DNA of 64,000 nt, taken from Bacteroidales bacterium. Lineage in GTDB: Bacteria > Bacteroidota > Bacteroidia > Bacteroidales > F082. Shown here in pieces: positions 1-10,400 of this stretch (position 1 is the stretch's first letter; each line of letters starts with the position of its first letter). Made by a program: the position numbers and the translations under genes. A model generated the notes under the pieces. That model made no database searches. It worked only from the letters and a program-made list of their open reading frames with translations, and was not told the origin of the DNA. The DNA lies in NCBI GenBank assembly GCA_023229245.1, contig JALNZU010000004.1:11411-75410 (forward strand), given 5' to 3'.

Positions 1-1
1 C

Positions 2-2164
2 GCCGATCAGGATTTTGTAGATAGGATGGTAAGCGCTACACGCAATGTGAAGCTAAGTGATATAACCAGCTTGTCTGAGGAAAAACTATATAAAAAATAT
101 AAGCCGGAGCAAATTGAAGTAGGCCGTAAACTGATAGAAAAATCCATAGAACCGACGCTGGAAGGGAAGATACTTAAGAATGCCGTAGCAGTGGAAGGCC
201 TCATACGTAATACTGGAGTACATGCCTGCGGACATGTGATAGCACCTTCAGACCTACGAGAGCATGTACCAGTCACCATTAGCAAAGAATCTAACTTATG
301 GACTATACAGTACGATAACTCGGTAGCCGAAAAAGCAGGCCTGTTAAAGATTGATTTTTTAGGCCTGAAAACCCTGTCATTGATCAAAGAAACTATTGAG
401 ATCGTCAAACAACGAACCGGAAAAGTGGTAGACCCGGATAATATTCCATGGGACGATCCTAAAACTTTTGAGCTTTTTCAGAAAGGTGAGACCATTGGAA
501 TCTTTCAATACGAAAGTGTGGGTATGCGTAAATATCTGCGCGAACTCAAGCCGACTACCTTTACTGATCTGATCAATATGAATGCATTGTATCGACCAGG
601 TCCTATGGCTTATATACCTGATTATATCAAACGGAAACATGGAAAAGAACCGGTAGTATATGACCTGGAAGACATGAGAGAGATACTGGAGGAAACCTAT
701 GGGATCACCGTGTTTCAGGAACAAGTTATGTTGCTTTCGCAAAAATTAGCCGGATTCACTAAGGGACTAGCAGATACTTTACGCAAGGCTATGGGGAAGA
801 AACTGCATAATCTGCTGGCTGACCTATATTCCCAGTTCATAGATGGAACCAAAGGTAAAGGCTACCCCGAAGGAGCTTTGAAAAAGATTTGGAACGATTG
901 GATGGCCTTTGCCGAATATGCCTTTAATAAATCGCATGCAACCAGCTATGCCTATATAGCTTTTCAAACAGCATATCTGAAAGCCAACTTCCCGGCCGAA
1001 TACATGGCTTCAGTGCTGAATAACTCCATTGGAGATATAAAACAACTAACTTTTTTTATGGAGGAATGCAAGCGGATGAAAATCAATGTGCTTGGACCCG
1101 ATATCAACGAATCAGAGTATAAATTTGCGGTAAACCACAAAGGCGAGATACGTTTTGGGTTAGGGGCTATAAAAAATATGGGGGAAGCAGCAGCCCAGAG
1201 CATATTGGAAGAGCGTCGAACAAACGGCCATTATCAGACTGTCTTCAACTTTTTAAGCCGCTCCAACTTTAAAAGCCTCAACAAAAGAAATATTGAAGCC
1301 CTGACTACTGCCGGAGCATTCGATTCGTTTGAAGGCATACATAGAGCTCAGTTTTTTTATCAGGAAGAAAACGAAAACCAGACATTCCTCGAAAAAGCTA
1401 TCCGGTTTGCAATACAACAACAGGAAGCAAAAAAGTCGGCCCAGATCAATTTGTTTGGTGAACTGATGGAACAAGAATCTATGGACCCGAAATTCCCGGT
1501 TTGCGAACCTTGGTCTAAACTAAAAGAATTACAAATGGAAATGGATTCTATTGGGTTCTATCTTAGCGCACATCCATTGGATTCGTTTAAAGTAGCAATA
1601 GAGTATTTCACCAATACCGATCTGCAATACCTGAACCATAATATAGCTCAGTTGCAAGGCCATGAGATGAGGTTTGCAGGACAGATAGTGTATGTGTCGC
1701 ATCAGGTCAGCCAGCAAGGCAGACCTTATGGAAGATTTAAAATAGAAGATCACAACGGAGCGCTTGAGCTTTCAGTATTTAATGAACAGTATCTGAAAGT
1801 CAAACACCTTCTTGAGAATGGAATATTTGTGTTGATAACAGCAAGCATACAACCAAGCTATAAAGATAAAACTAAGATGGAACCCAGATTGATTGATATG
1901 CAACTGCTTGATACAGTTGTAGAAAAATCACACAAAAAAGTGATATTGAGTTTGAATGTCAACAATATTGGAACCGATCAGATAGAGCAATTCATTGCTT
2001 TAATCAAACAGCATAGTGAAGGCAATCATTCATATGAAGTGCTGTTGTCTGATGAAGAAAGAAATATGAATTGCAGCCTTAGCGCTGGTAGCGGGAAAGT
2101 GAATGCAGCTACATTATTGCCTCAGTTAGACGACCTCGACTGGGTGAAGTACGGCCTTAAATAA
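2..2164 (+). CDS. dnaE: DNA polymerase III alpha subunit, C-terminal ~720 aa (5' end lies left of the window)
   Basis: Frame is open from nt 2, with no stop before the first ATG at 26. The translation carries DnaE finger/HhH/OB-region motifs (GLLKIDFLGLKTLS, FNKSHATSYAYIAFQTAYLKANFPAEY, SIGFYLSAHPLD). Confidence 0.9.
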   Translation, partial: ADQDFVDRMVSATRNVKLSDITSLSEEKLYKKYKPEQIEVGRKLIEKSIEPTLEGKILKNAVAVEGLIRNTGVHACGHVIAPSDLREHVPVTISKESNLWTIQYDNSVAEKAGLLKIDFLGLKTLSLIKETIEIVKQRTGKVVDPDNIPWDDPKTFELFQKGETIGIFQYESVGMRKYLRELKPTTFTDLINMNALYRPGPMAYIPDYIKRKHGKEPVVYDLEDMREILEETYGITVFQEQVMLLSQKLAGFTKGLADTLRKAMGKKLHNLLADLYSQFIDGTKGKGYPEGALKKIWNDWMAFAEYAFNKSHATSYAYIAFQTAYLKANFPAEYMASVLNNSIGDIKQLTFFMEECKRMKINVLGPDINESEYKFAVNHKGEIRFGLGAIKNMGEAAAQSILEERRTNGHYQTVFNFLSRSNFKSLNKRNIEALTTAGAFDSFEGIHRAQFFYQEENENQTFLEKAIRFAIQQQEAKKSAQINLFGELMEQESMDPKFPVCEPWSKLKELQMEMDSIGFYLSAHPLDSFKVAIEYFTNTDLQYLNHNIAQLQGHEMRFAGQIVYVSHQVSQQGRPYGRFKIEDHNGALELSVFNEQYLKVKHLLENGIFVLITASIQPSYKDKTKMEPRLIDMQLLDTVVEKSHKKVILSLNVNNIGTDQIEQFIALIKQHSEGNHSYEVLLSDEERNMNCSLSAGSGKVNAATLLPQLDDLDWVKYGLK

Positions 2165-2384
2165 ATTCCAGTATCAGTACTGATTGTTTGTACAACTGAT
2201 CAACAGAAATTGTTAAGATTATTGAACAATTTCCACCAGTCAGATGTATCATTTGATTAAGGCATGTCCTATGCAACCGGTTGAATTAGTGTCTATCTTT
2301 TTGCAATAAAGATCAGTTTTTAAGAATATCAGAGTATAGATCTCTTAACAGTTCATAAAATGCTATGGAATAGCTATAAAGGCA

Positions 2385-2414
2385 TTGAAAATACAATTAT
2401 TGTAGCTATTTTTG
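2385..2414 (+). promoter_or_regulatory. Candidate Bacteroidetes-type promoter (TTG -33 at 2385-2387, 19-nt spacer, TATTTTTG -7 box at 2407-2414)
   Basis: Matches the TTG / TAnnTTTG consensus described for Bacteroidetes sigma-A promoters. Lies ~45 nt upstream of the 2458 start. Confidence 0.35.
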
Positions 2415-2457
2415 CCAAAAATAATTTGCCGTTGAATGACCAAGCAACCTACATAGT

Positions 2458-4422
2458 ATGAGTTATATAGCTTTTGACAAAACACAGTTGATCAATCTTG
2501 AGTTTTCACTTGCCCGTGAGTTGTTGCGTTCCAACAGATCAGGATCTTATGCAAGTACCACTATTACAGGCTGTAATACCCGTAAATACCATGGCCTTCT
2601 GGTTTCGCCCCAGCCCTGGTTAGATCATAACAAGCATGTGCTGCTTTCGGCTATAGACGAGAGCATCATTCAACATGATGAGGTGTTTAATTTCGGCGTA
2701 CGCATGTATCCTAACGGAGTATATAATCCGAAAGGACATAAATATTTACGTGAGTTTAAAGGCGAACCTATTCCTAAGATTGTCTATAGGGTAGGAGGGG
2801 TGTTGCTGAGCAAAGAGATGATCTTTACCGACAACGAAGCTCGCATATTGATCAAATATACGCTTGAAGATGCCCATTCTAAGACTATACTGCGGCTAAA
2901 GCCTTTTCTTGCATTTCGAAATGTCCATCAACTCACAACGGCCAATATACATGCCAATAACAAATATGAAGCATGTCCGGACGGCGTTTCATGGCAGATG
3001 TATCCCGGCTATTCACGGTTGTATATGCAGTTGAGCAAACAAAGCGAATACACCCATGTACCCGACTGGTATTATAATATCGAATATATACGTGATCGGG
3101 ATATGGGGCTGCCGGCCACCGAAGATTTGTTTGTACCTGGATTTTTTGATGTGGAAATAAAAAAAGGCGAGAGCATTATCGTTTCAGCTTCTACCGAAGA
3201 AGCACGCCCCGAACAGCTCAAAAGTATGTTTCAAAAAGCTTTTAAAAAAAGAACTCCACGCGATAATTTTGAGAACTGCCTGATTAATGCTGCCGAACAA
3301 TTTCTGATCAAACAACAGCAAAAGACAGAGATTATGGCCGGTTTCCCCTGGTTCAACACCTGGAGCAGGGATACGTTTATCGCATTACCGGGTATCACAC
3401 TTAGCCGTAACGATGAAGCCAGTTTTAAAGCTGTGTTGGATACGAAACTGAGTACTATGCAAGGCCCATTGTTTCCAAATATCTCATGCGATAACCGACC
3501 CAATTTTGCTTCAGCCGATGCGCCGCTCTGGTTTTTCTGGACCTTGCAGCAATATACCGGTCGAAATGCTCAGCTAACCCAGGTATGGAAAAAATATAAA
3601 AAACCTATAATTACAATATTAGAAGGATACCGGCAAGGTAGCTCTTATAATATTCGCATGTTAGATAATTATCTGATCACTGCCGGTGAACCAGGTATGG
3701 CGCTGACATGGATGGATGTGTTCCATAATGGAAAACCTGTTACAGCCCGTACAGGTATGGCAGTAGAGATTAATGCCCTGTGGTATAATGCAATACAGTA
3801 TGCCCTTGAGCTGGCCCAAGCTGCCAAAGACTATGAGTTCATTCAAGTCTGGAAGGATTATCCCGAAAACATACAAACATCCTTTATCAATGAGTTTTGG
3901 GATGAACAAAAAGCTTACCTGGCTGACTATATACATGGTGATGATAAAGACTGGACAGTACGTCCGAATATGTTGCTGGCTGCCTCTATGCCTTATTCCA
4001 TGCTCACCGACGAGATGCAACAAAGGGTGTTGAATCGGGTCAAATCGGAGCTGCTTACCGAGCGAGGCCTTAGGTCGCTCACACCTACTCATCCCGATTA
4101 TAAAGGTAATTATAAAGGTAATCAGGAAGAGCGCAATATGGCCTACCATCAGGGAACGGTTTTCCCTTGGCTGCTATCTCATTTTGCAGAAGCCTGGCTA
4201 AGATTATATGGGCAATCGGGTATAGGATTGGTAGAAGAGCTGTATTCCAATTTTGAGCCGGCTCTTTTTGAAGGCGGATTAGCAACCATCTCAGAAGTCT
4301 TTGATGGTGACCCGCCTCACGAATCGCGGGGAGCTATCTCACAAGCATGGAGCGTAGCAGCACTGATCAGGATAAAAGAGCTTATCGGGCAATTCAAAAA
4401 CAATAAAAACAAAGGCACATGA
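2458..4422 (+). CDS. Glycogen debranching enzyme-like protein (GDE_N + amylo-alpha-1,6-glucosidase-type GDE_C, archaeal type)
   Basis: 654-aa ORF. Motifs RKYHGLLV, GFPWFNTWSRDTFIALPG, EINALWYNA, RPNMLLAASMPYSML, LTERGLRSL and YHQGTVFPWL are typical of putative archaeal-type debranching enzymes. Confidence 0.8.
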   Translation: MSYIAFDKTQLINLEFSLARELLRSNRSGSYASTTITGCNTRKYHGLLVSPQPWLDHNKHVLLSAIDESIIQHDEVFNFGVRMYPNGVYNPKGHKYLREFKGEPIPKIVYRVGGVLLSKEMIFTDNEARILIKYTLEDAHSKTILRLKPFLAFRNVHQLTTANIHANNKYEACPDGVSWQMYPGYSRLYMQLSKQSEYTHVPDWYYNIEYIRDRDMGLPATEDLFVPGFFDVEIKKGESIIVSASTEEARPEQLKSMFQKAFKKRTPRDNFENCLINAAEQFLIKQQQKTEIMAGFPWFNTWSRDTFIALPGITLSRNDEASFKAVLDTKLSTMQGPLFPNISCDNRPNFASADAPLWFFWTLQQYTGRNAQLTQVWKKYKKPIITILEGYRQGSSYNIRMLDNYLITAGEPGMALTWMDVFHNGKPVTARTGMAVEINALWYNAIQYALELAQAAKDYEFIQVWKDYPENIQTSFINEFWDEQKAYLADYIHGDDKDWTVRPNMLLAASMPYSMLTDEMQQRVLNRVKSELLTERGLRSLTPTHPDYKGNYKGNQEERNMAYHQGTVFPWLLSHFAEAWLRLYGQSGIGLVEELYSNFEPALFEGGLATISEVFDGDPPHESRGAISQAWSVAALIRIKELIGQFKNNKNKGT

Positions 4423-5702
4423 AAGTAATGATGTTTGGATGGGAGTTTCCTCCCCATATCACCGGGGGCCTTGGAACAGCCTGCTTCGGGCTTACCAAAG
4501 GATTAGCCAAACATGGCGTAGAAGTGCTGTTTGTGGTGCCTAAAGCTTATGGCGATGAAAGTCAGGAAGCCGTCAGACTGCTCAATGCCAGCGATGTAAC
4601 TATTGATATAGACAAAGAGGAAAATCGTACCTATTGGGAACGTGTGCAATATATGGAAATAGGCTCTAATATTATTCCTTATGTAGGTCCTGAACAATTT
4701 GAAAAGTTGAATGAGGAATCCTTTTTACAAAGTGAGTCAGATAGAAGCCCAGTGTTTTCACAGCATTACGAGTTTTCTGGTAAATATGGCAGCAATCTCA
4801 TGGAAGAGGTGGCACGCTATGCATTAGTAGGATCAGCCCTTGCTACTCAACATGATTTTGATGTCATCCATGCCCACGATTGGCTGACCTACCCAGCTGG
4901 TGTTGCAGCCAAAGAATCCACAGGTAAACCATTGATAGTCCATATGCATGCTACCGAGTTCGACCGCTCGGGTGAAAACGTTAATACACAGGTGTATGCA
5001 ATGGAGCGTCATGGGATGGAAATGGCCGACAGAGTGATTACGGTGAGCAACCTGACACGACGAACGGTTATTGAAAAATATGGCATAGACCCTCGCAAAG
5101 TGTTTACAGTACATAATGCCGTAGAACCGGTCGACAAATCAGATATCACTTTACCCGAAAAAGGGGTGACCGAAAAGGTAGTTACATTCTTAGGACGTAT
5201 CACGTATCAGAAAGGCCCTGAATATTTTGTGGAAGCAGCCCGAAAAATACTCAACAAAGACCAGAATATTCGATTTGTGATGGCTGGTACAGGCGATCTG
5301 CTCAATAAAACAGTACAGCGGGTAGCCCAGCTGCGCATCGGACATAGGTTTCACTTTACCGGCTTCCTGAAAGGCGAAGATGTGGATAAAATGTTTGCAA
5401 TGAGTGATGTGTTTGTGATGCCATCCATTTCCGAGCCTTTTGGCATAGTCCCTTTGGAAGCCATGCGGTCTAATGTGCCTGTGGTCATATCCAAACAATC
5501 GGGAGTAGCCGAAGTACTTAAACATGCCCTGAAAGTTGACTTTTGGGATGTGGATGGATTAGCAGATGCCATCTATGGGCTGTGCCATTACGATGCATTG
5601 TCGGATATATTTATTAAACACGGCAAAGAAGAAGTGGACAGCCTTAAATGGGAACATGCAGCAAAACTTGTGAAAAATGTATATGAATCCATCTTTTTGT
5701 AA
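4419..5702 (+). CDS. GT-B retaining glycosyltransferase (GT4/GT5, archaeal-type glycogen synthase-like)
   Basis: Start ATG overlaps the upstream stop (ATGA at 4419-4422). N-terminal FGWEFPPHITGGLG and E-x7-E motif EPFGIVPLEAM. Sits inside the glycogen locus. Confidence 0.75.
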   Translation: MKVMMFGWEFPPHITGGLGTACFGLTKGLAKHGVEVLFVVPKAYGDESQEAVRLLNASDVTIDIDKEENRTYWERVQYMEIGSNIIPYVGPEQFEKLNEESFLQSESDRSPVFSQHYEFSGKYGSNLMEEVARYALVGSALATQHDFDVIHAHDWLTYPAGVAAKESTGKPLIVHMHATEFDRSGENVNTQVYAMERHGMEMADRVITVSNLTRRTVIEKYGIDPRKVFTVHNAVEPVDKSDITLPEKGVTEKVVTFLGRITYQKGPEYFVEAARKILNKDQNIRFVMAGTGDLLNKTVQRVAQLRIGHRFHFTGFLKGEDVDKMFAMSDVFVMPSISEPFGIVPLEAMRSNVPVVISKQSGVAEVLKHALKVDFWDVDGLADAIYGLCHYDALSDIFIKHGKEEVDSLKWEHAAKLVKNVYESIFL

Positions 5703-5737
5703 GAGAGCGAGTTACAGAAAAAATTACACCATGACTT

Positions 5738-7321
5738 ATGAGATCAATTTGTTTTTATTTTCAGGTTCATCAGCCATTCAGACTTAGGACATACCGGTTT
5801 TTTGATATAGGTAAGAACCAGTATTATTTCGATGAATACTATAATCGAACGATTATGCGTAGGATAGCTGAGAAGAGCTATCTCCCAATGAATGAGCTGC
5901 TTATGGAGCTTATTGAAGAATATGGTGCGCAGTTCAGGATAAGCTTGTCCTTTTCAGGCATTGCCATTGAGCAAATGGAAGTGTATGCACCTGAGGTATT
6001 AGATAGCTTTAAAAAGCTTATCGCAACTGGTCAGGTAGAGGTGTTGGGCGAGACATATGCACACTCACTAAGCGCATTGAAAGATATGACAGAGTTTAAA
6101 AAACAGATAAGCAGTCATATAGAAAAAATACAAAAAACCTTTGGAGTTAGTCCGGTCACTTTTCGCAATACAGAGCTGATCTACTCGGATGAGATAGGCG
6201 CCCAAGTAGCCGATATGGGTTTCTCACTCATGCTTACCGAAGGAGCTAAGCATGTGCTTGGATGGAAAAGCCCAAATTATATGTATGCCAATGCCATCAA
6301 TCCAAAGCTTAAAGTGTTGCTACGTAATTTCCGGTTAAGTGATGATATCTCATTACGCTTCTCACAGCAAAACTGGTCGGAATGGCCTCTGACAACAGAG
6401 AAATTTGTTGGATGGCTGAACGAAATTAATCCTAAAGAAGAGGTGGTTAATATCTTTATGGATTACGAGACCTTTGGTGAATACCAATGGGCAGGCAGCG
6501 GTATTTTTGACTTTATGAAAGTGTTGCCAGCAGCCATATTGAGTAAGACAGACCTGAAGTTCGCCACACCTGGTCAATTGGTTCACACACTACAGCCAGT
6601 GTCGGCTATTCATGTGCCATATCCTATTTCCTGGACTGATGAAGAACGCGATCTGACAGCATGGATGGGTAATAATATGCAAAATGAAGCTTTGGAACGA
6701 CTATACGATCTGACCTCCAAGGTGCAACATATTCATGATGAAGAACTCTTACGCGACTGGAACTATCTGCAAGCATCCGATCATTTTTATTTTATGAGTA
6801 CCAAATGGTTCTCCGATGGAGGATTGCACGCACACTTCAACCATTATCCATCACCTTATGAAGCCTATATCAACTATATGAACGTGTTGGCCGACTTCAG
6901 CATACGGGTCGAAAATCAGTCAGCAGGTTTTCTTGAACGATCAGAAGAGCTGTTGGAAAAAGGTATAAAGTTAGGTAAGGAATTAGGGAAAAGTGCAATA
7001 AAAGGATTGGAGAAAACAAGGAAATCTGTACAGGATACACTGAAAAAAGGAGAAGAAACTGTTCAGCCTATATTCGAGGATCTACTTAATATGTCGAACG
7101 TCAAACTAAAACAATTACTCAGAGAACTTGAAACCGATGATCTTGTCGTAGCACTTAAGGAAGCCGGAGATGAACTAAGAAATAAAGTCATGCCTAATCT
7201 GACTGTAAAAACTAGAAAAGCAGTGGAAGAGGCTAGCTCAAAAATTGAGAAAGTAACCCGCCAACAAGTCAAAAAGGTGCGTAAAACCATAGACAATAAA
7301 ATGCACCAGCTGTTTGGATGA
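5738..7321 (+). CDS. Glycoside hydrolase family 57 enzyme with a ~130-aa C-terminal extension ending in a FliG_C-like domain
   Basis: GH57 conserved-region-like motifs: VHQPFRL, GQVEVLGETYAH, FRNTELIYSD (candidate nucleophile Glu), FMDYETFGE (candidate acid/base Asp), LQASDHFYFM. The tail is Lys/Glu-rich, then FEDLLNMSNVKLKQLLRELETDDLVVALKEAGDELRNKV... Confidence 0.8.
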   Translation: MRSICFYFQVHQPFRLRTYRFFDIGKNQYYFDEYYNRTIMRRIAEKSYLPMNELLMELIEEYGAQFRISLSFSGIAIEQMEVYAPEVLDSFKKLIATGQVEVLGETYAHSLSALKDMTEFKKQISSHIEKIQKTFGVSPVTFRNTELIYSDEIGAQVADMGFSLMLTEGAKHVLGWKSPNYMYANAINPKLKVLLRNFRLSDDISLRFSQQNWSEWPLTTEKFVGWLNEINPKEEVVNIFMDYETFGEYQWAGSGIFDFMKVLPAAILSKTDLKFATPGQLVHTLQPVSAIHVPYPISWTDEERDLTAWMGNNMQNEALERLYDLTSKVQHIHDEELLRDWNYLQASDHFYFMSTKWFSDGGLHAHFNHYPSPYEAYINYMNVLADFSIRVENQSAGFLERSEELLEKGIKLGKELGKSAIKGLEKTRKSVQDTLKKGEETVQPIFEDLLNMSNVKLKQLLRELETDDLVVALKEAGDELRNKVMPNLTVKTRKAVEEASSKIEKVTRQQVKKVRKTIDNKMHQLFG

Positions 7322-7437
7322 CCCTTTTTATTCTGAAATGTTTGTTGAAAAATAATTTATCTGCTCATCATAGAAAACTGTTGAGCAAGAGAAACGCATA
7401 TCTTATTGTAAATAAAAAAAATTAAACCTGAATATAT

Positions 7438-10400
7438 ATGAGAAAACCATCTTATGTGTTTGAAGTCAGTTGGGAAGTAAGTAATATGGTTGGAGGGATT
7501 TATACCGTACTTTCCAGCAAAGCAAATGTGATGCGTAAAACCTGGGGTGATAATTATATCACCATAGGTCCGGATGTATGGATGGAAACGCGTACCAATC
7601 CCTATTTTACCGAAGATACCACCTTGTTTGAACAATGGAAGCAGAAGCTTGCCAACCAAGGTTTTAAGGTTCGTATTGGTCGATGGAATATTCCTGCCCG
7701 ACCTATTGCAATATTGATTGACTTTACACCACTACTCAGCGAAAAAGATCGCATTTTTGCCGACTTGTGGGAGACCTATAAACTTGATTCTATCCATGGA
7801 CAATGGGACTATATCGAGCCTGCCATGTTTGGATACGCTTCTGGAAAGTTAATAGAGAGCTTCTATAACTTCTTCCTGACCGGCTATGACGATGTGCTGG
7901 CACATTACCATGAATGGATGACTGGAACCGGGATACTTTATCTGAAGCAGCACTGCCCTCAAATAGCTACAGCCTTTACAACGCATGCGACATTTCTTGG
8001 ACGCTCCTTAGCAGGAAATAACCTGCCTTTGTACAAAGATCTTGAAGCTTATAACCCATCGGCTATGGCCAACCGGTTTAATATCACCGCACAACAATCG
8101 CTTGAGAGCCTGTCGGCACAACAGACTGACGCATTTACCACTGTAAGCCAGATCACGGCAAAAGAATGTAAACAGTTCTTAGGACGACAGCCTGATGTGA
8201 TCACAAATAACGGCTTCGATGATGAGTTTAGTGGAACTATTGAACAACAAGCATCAAAACGAAATGCCGCACGTGAAAAAATTCTCTCGGTAGCCTCAAA
8301 ACTTTATGGAAGTACACTAAACGATGATACCATACTCATATTGAACAGCGGTCGCTATGAGTTTAAAAACAAAGGTATCGATTTGTATATAGATGCGTTA
8401 GCACAACTCAACAATGATAAAAACCTAAAAAAGGATATTTTAGCTGTGATAGCTGTACCGGCCAATAGCAGCGGCCCTAACCTGAAGCTACAGCAGTGCC
8501 TTAGCGATGATGAATGTCAGGCAGCTTACCCGGATAATATTGCAAGTCATCATTTGCACGATGCCGATCATGACCCTGTTTTAGTGCGCCTCAAAGAAAA
8601 AGGGCTGATCAATGGAAAAGGTAATCGGATAAAGATGATGTATGTACCCGTATATCTGAATGGGAACGACGGAATCTTTGACCTGAAATATTACGATTTT
8701 CTGGCCGGCTTTGATTTGACGGTTTTCCCTTCTTATTACGAGCCATGGGGCTACACACCTCTTGAAAGTATTGCCTTTGGAATACCTACCATAACAACTG
8801 ATCTGGCAGGCTTCGGATTATGGGTTCAGTCGTTGCAACTGAAAACAAAAGCCGTGCAAGTCATTCCACGACAGGAAGATATACACGAAAAAGCAGTAGA
8901 TGAACTGACAAAGGCGATCAACACTTTTATCCATCTCAATCCGACTGAGTTGCAACAGTGTGTATCCGATGCAAGAAATATTGCCTCAAAAGCTCAATGG
9001 ACAGAATTGATATCCAACTATTTCGAGGCATGGGATATGGCGCTGTCTAAACTTGAACAACGGGAATCTGTCTTTGTAGCTCAAAAGACTGCCGAAACTC
9101 TGCGAACCATTACTCTTAGCAAGCAAGACCAGCCGACCTGGAAAAAAATACTCTTCCAACCGGTTTATACCCAAGAGCTTAATAAACTACACGAGATGGC
9201 ACAAAACCTCTGGTGGTCGTGGAACACTGATGCTATCAGCTTGTTTGAGTCAATAGATGCAGAGGCATGGGAAAAGCACGAACAAAACCCTATCGCATTG
9301 ATGGAAGAGCTTACTTCCGAACAGATGGAAGCCTTAGAAAACGATCAGGAATTTATTGCCCAACTTAATATGGTATATACTAAGTTTCAGGACTATATGA
9401 CGGCTGAAGTTGCTGCCGACGATTTGATAGCTTATTTCAGCATGGAATATGGCCTGCACAAAAGTCTGAAGATATATTCCGGTGGCCTGGGAGTGTTGGC
9501 TGGCGACTATCTGAAAGAAGCCAGCGATTCACGTGTCAACCTGATTGCGATGGGCTTGCTGTATAGATACGGCTACTTCCAACAGGATATTTCTTTGATA
9601 GGTGATCAATTAGCACAATATATCCCTCAAAAATTTACCCATCTGCCGCTTGAACCTGTTCGGGATGCCGATGGTAACTGGGTTATCGTTCGTATTGCTT
9701 TTCCGGGCAGGGTGGTCACTGCCAAAGCCTGGAAAGTGAAAGTCGGCCGTATTTCCCTGTTTTTGTTGGATACGGATATTGAAGAAAATAGCATGGAAGA
9801 CAGGCGTATCACACATCAGCTATACGGTGGAGATAGTGAAATGCGTTTCAAACAGGAGATGATACTTGGAATAGGCGGGATACGGCTGTTGAAAAAGCTG
9901 AATATCAATCCGGTCATCTATCACAGCAACGAAGGCCATTCGGCTTTTATCGGATTAGAACGCTTACGTATGCTGATTGAAAAGAAGCAGCTTAATTTTT
10001 CTCAGGCACAGGAAGTTGTCAGAGCTTCCACATTGTTTACAACGCACACACCTGTCCCCGCAGGGCATGATGCTTTTGAAGAGCATGTGCTGCGAACCTA
10101 TATGCCACATTATGCCGAACGTCTGAATATCAGTTGGGAAGAGTTCATCGGTCTTGGACGCTTCCATCCCAACGATCCCAATGAAAAATTTTCTATGAGT
10201 GTGTTGGCAGCTAATCTCAGTCAGGAGGTCAATGGAGTAAGCCAGATACATGGCCGGGTATCGCGTGAGATGTTTCAGCAGCTTTATCCGGGATATTTTG
10301 CCAATGAGCTGCATATCAGTCATGTAACTAATGGAGTTCATTATTTTACCTGGACTAATCGCTTGTTTCAAGAGCTGTATGAGAATAATTTCCCAAAAAG

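Noticed and set aside
3661-4149. A 162-aa antisense ORF inside the GDE-like gene. Similar antisense or alternate-frame ORFs occur at 7-408, 9964-10371, 37523-37846 and 23359-23739.
   Set aside because: All lie within long ORFs that have strong family motifs. Their own translations look random. They are typical shadow ORFs.
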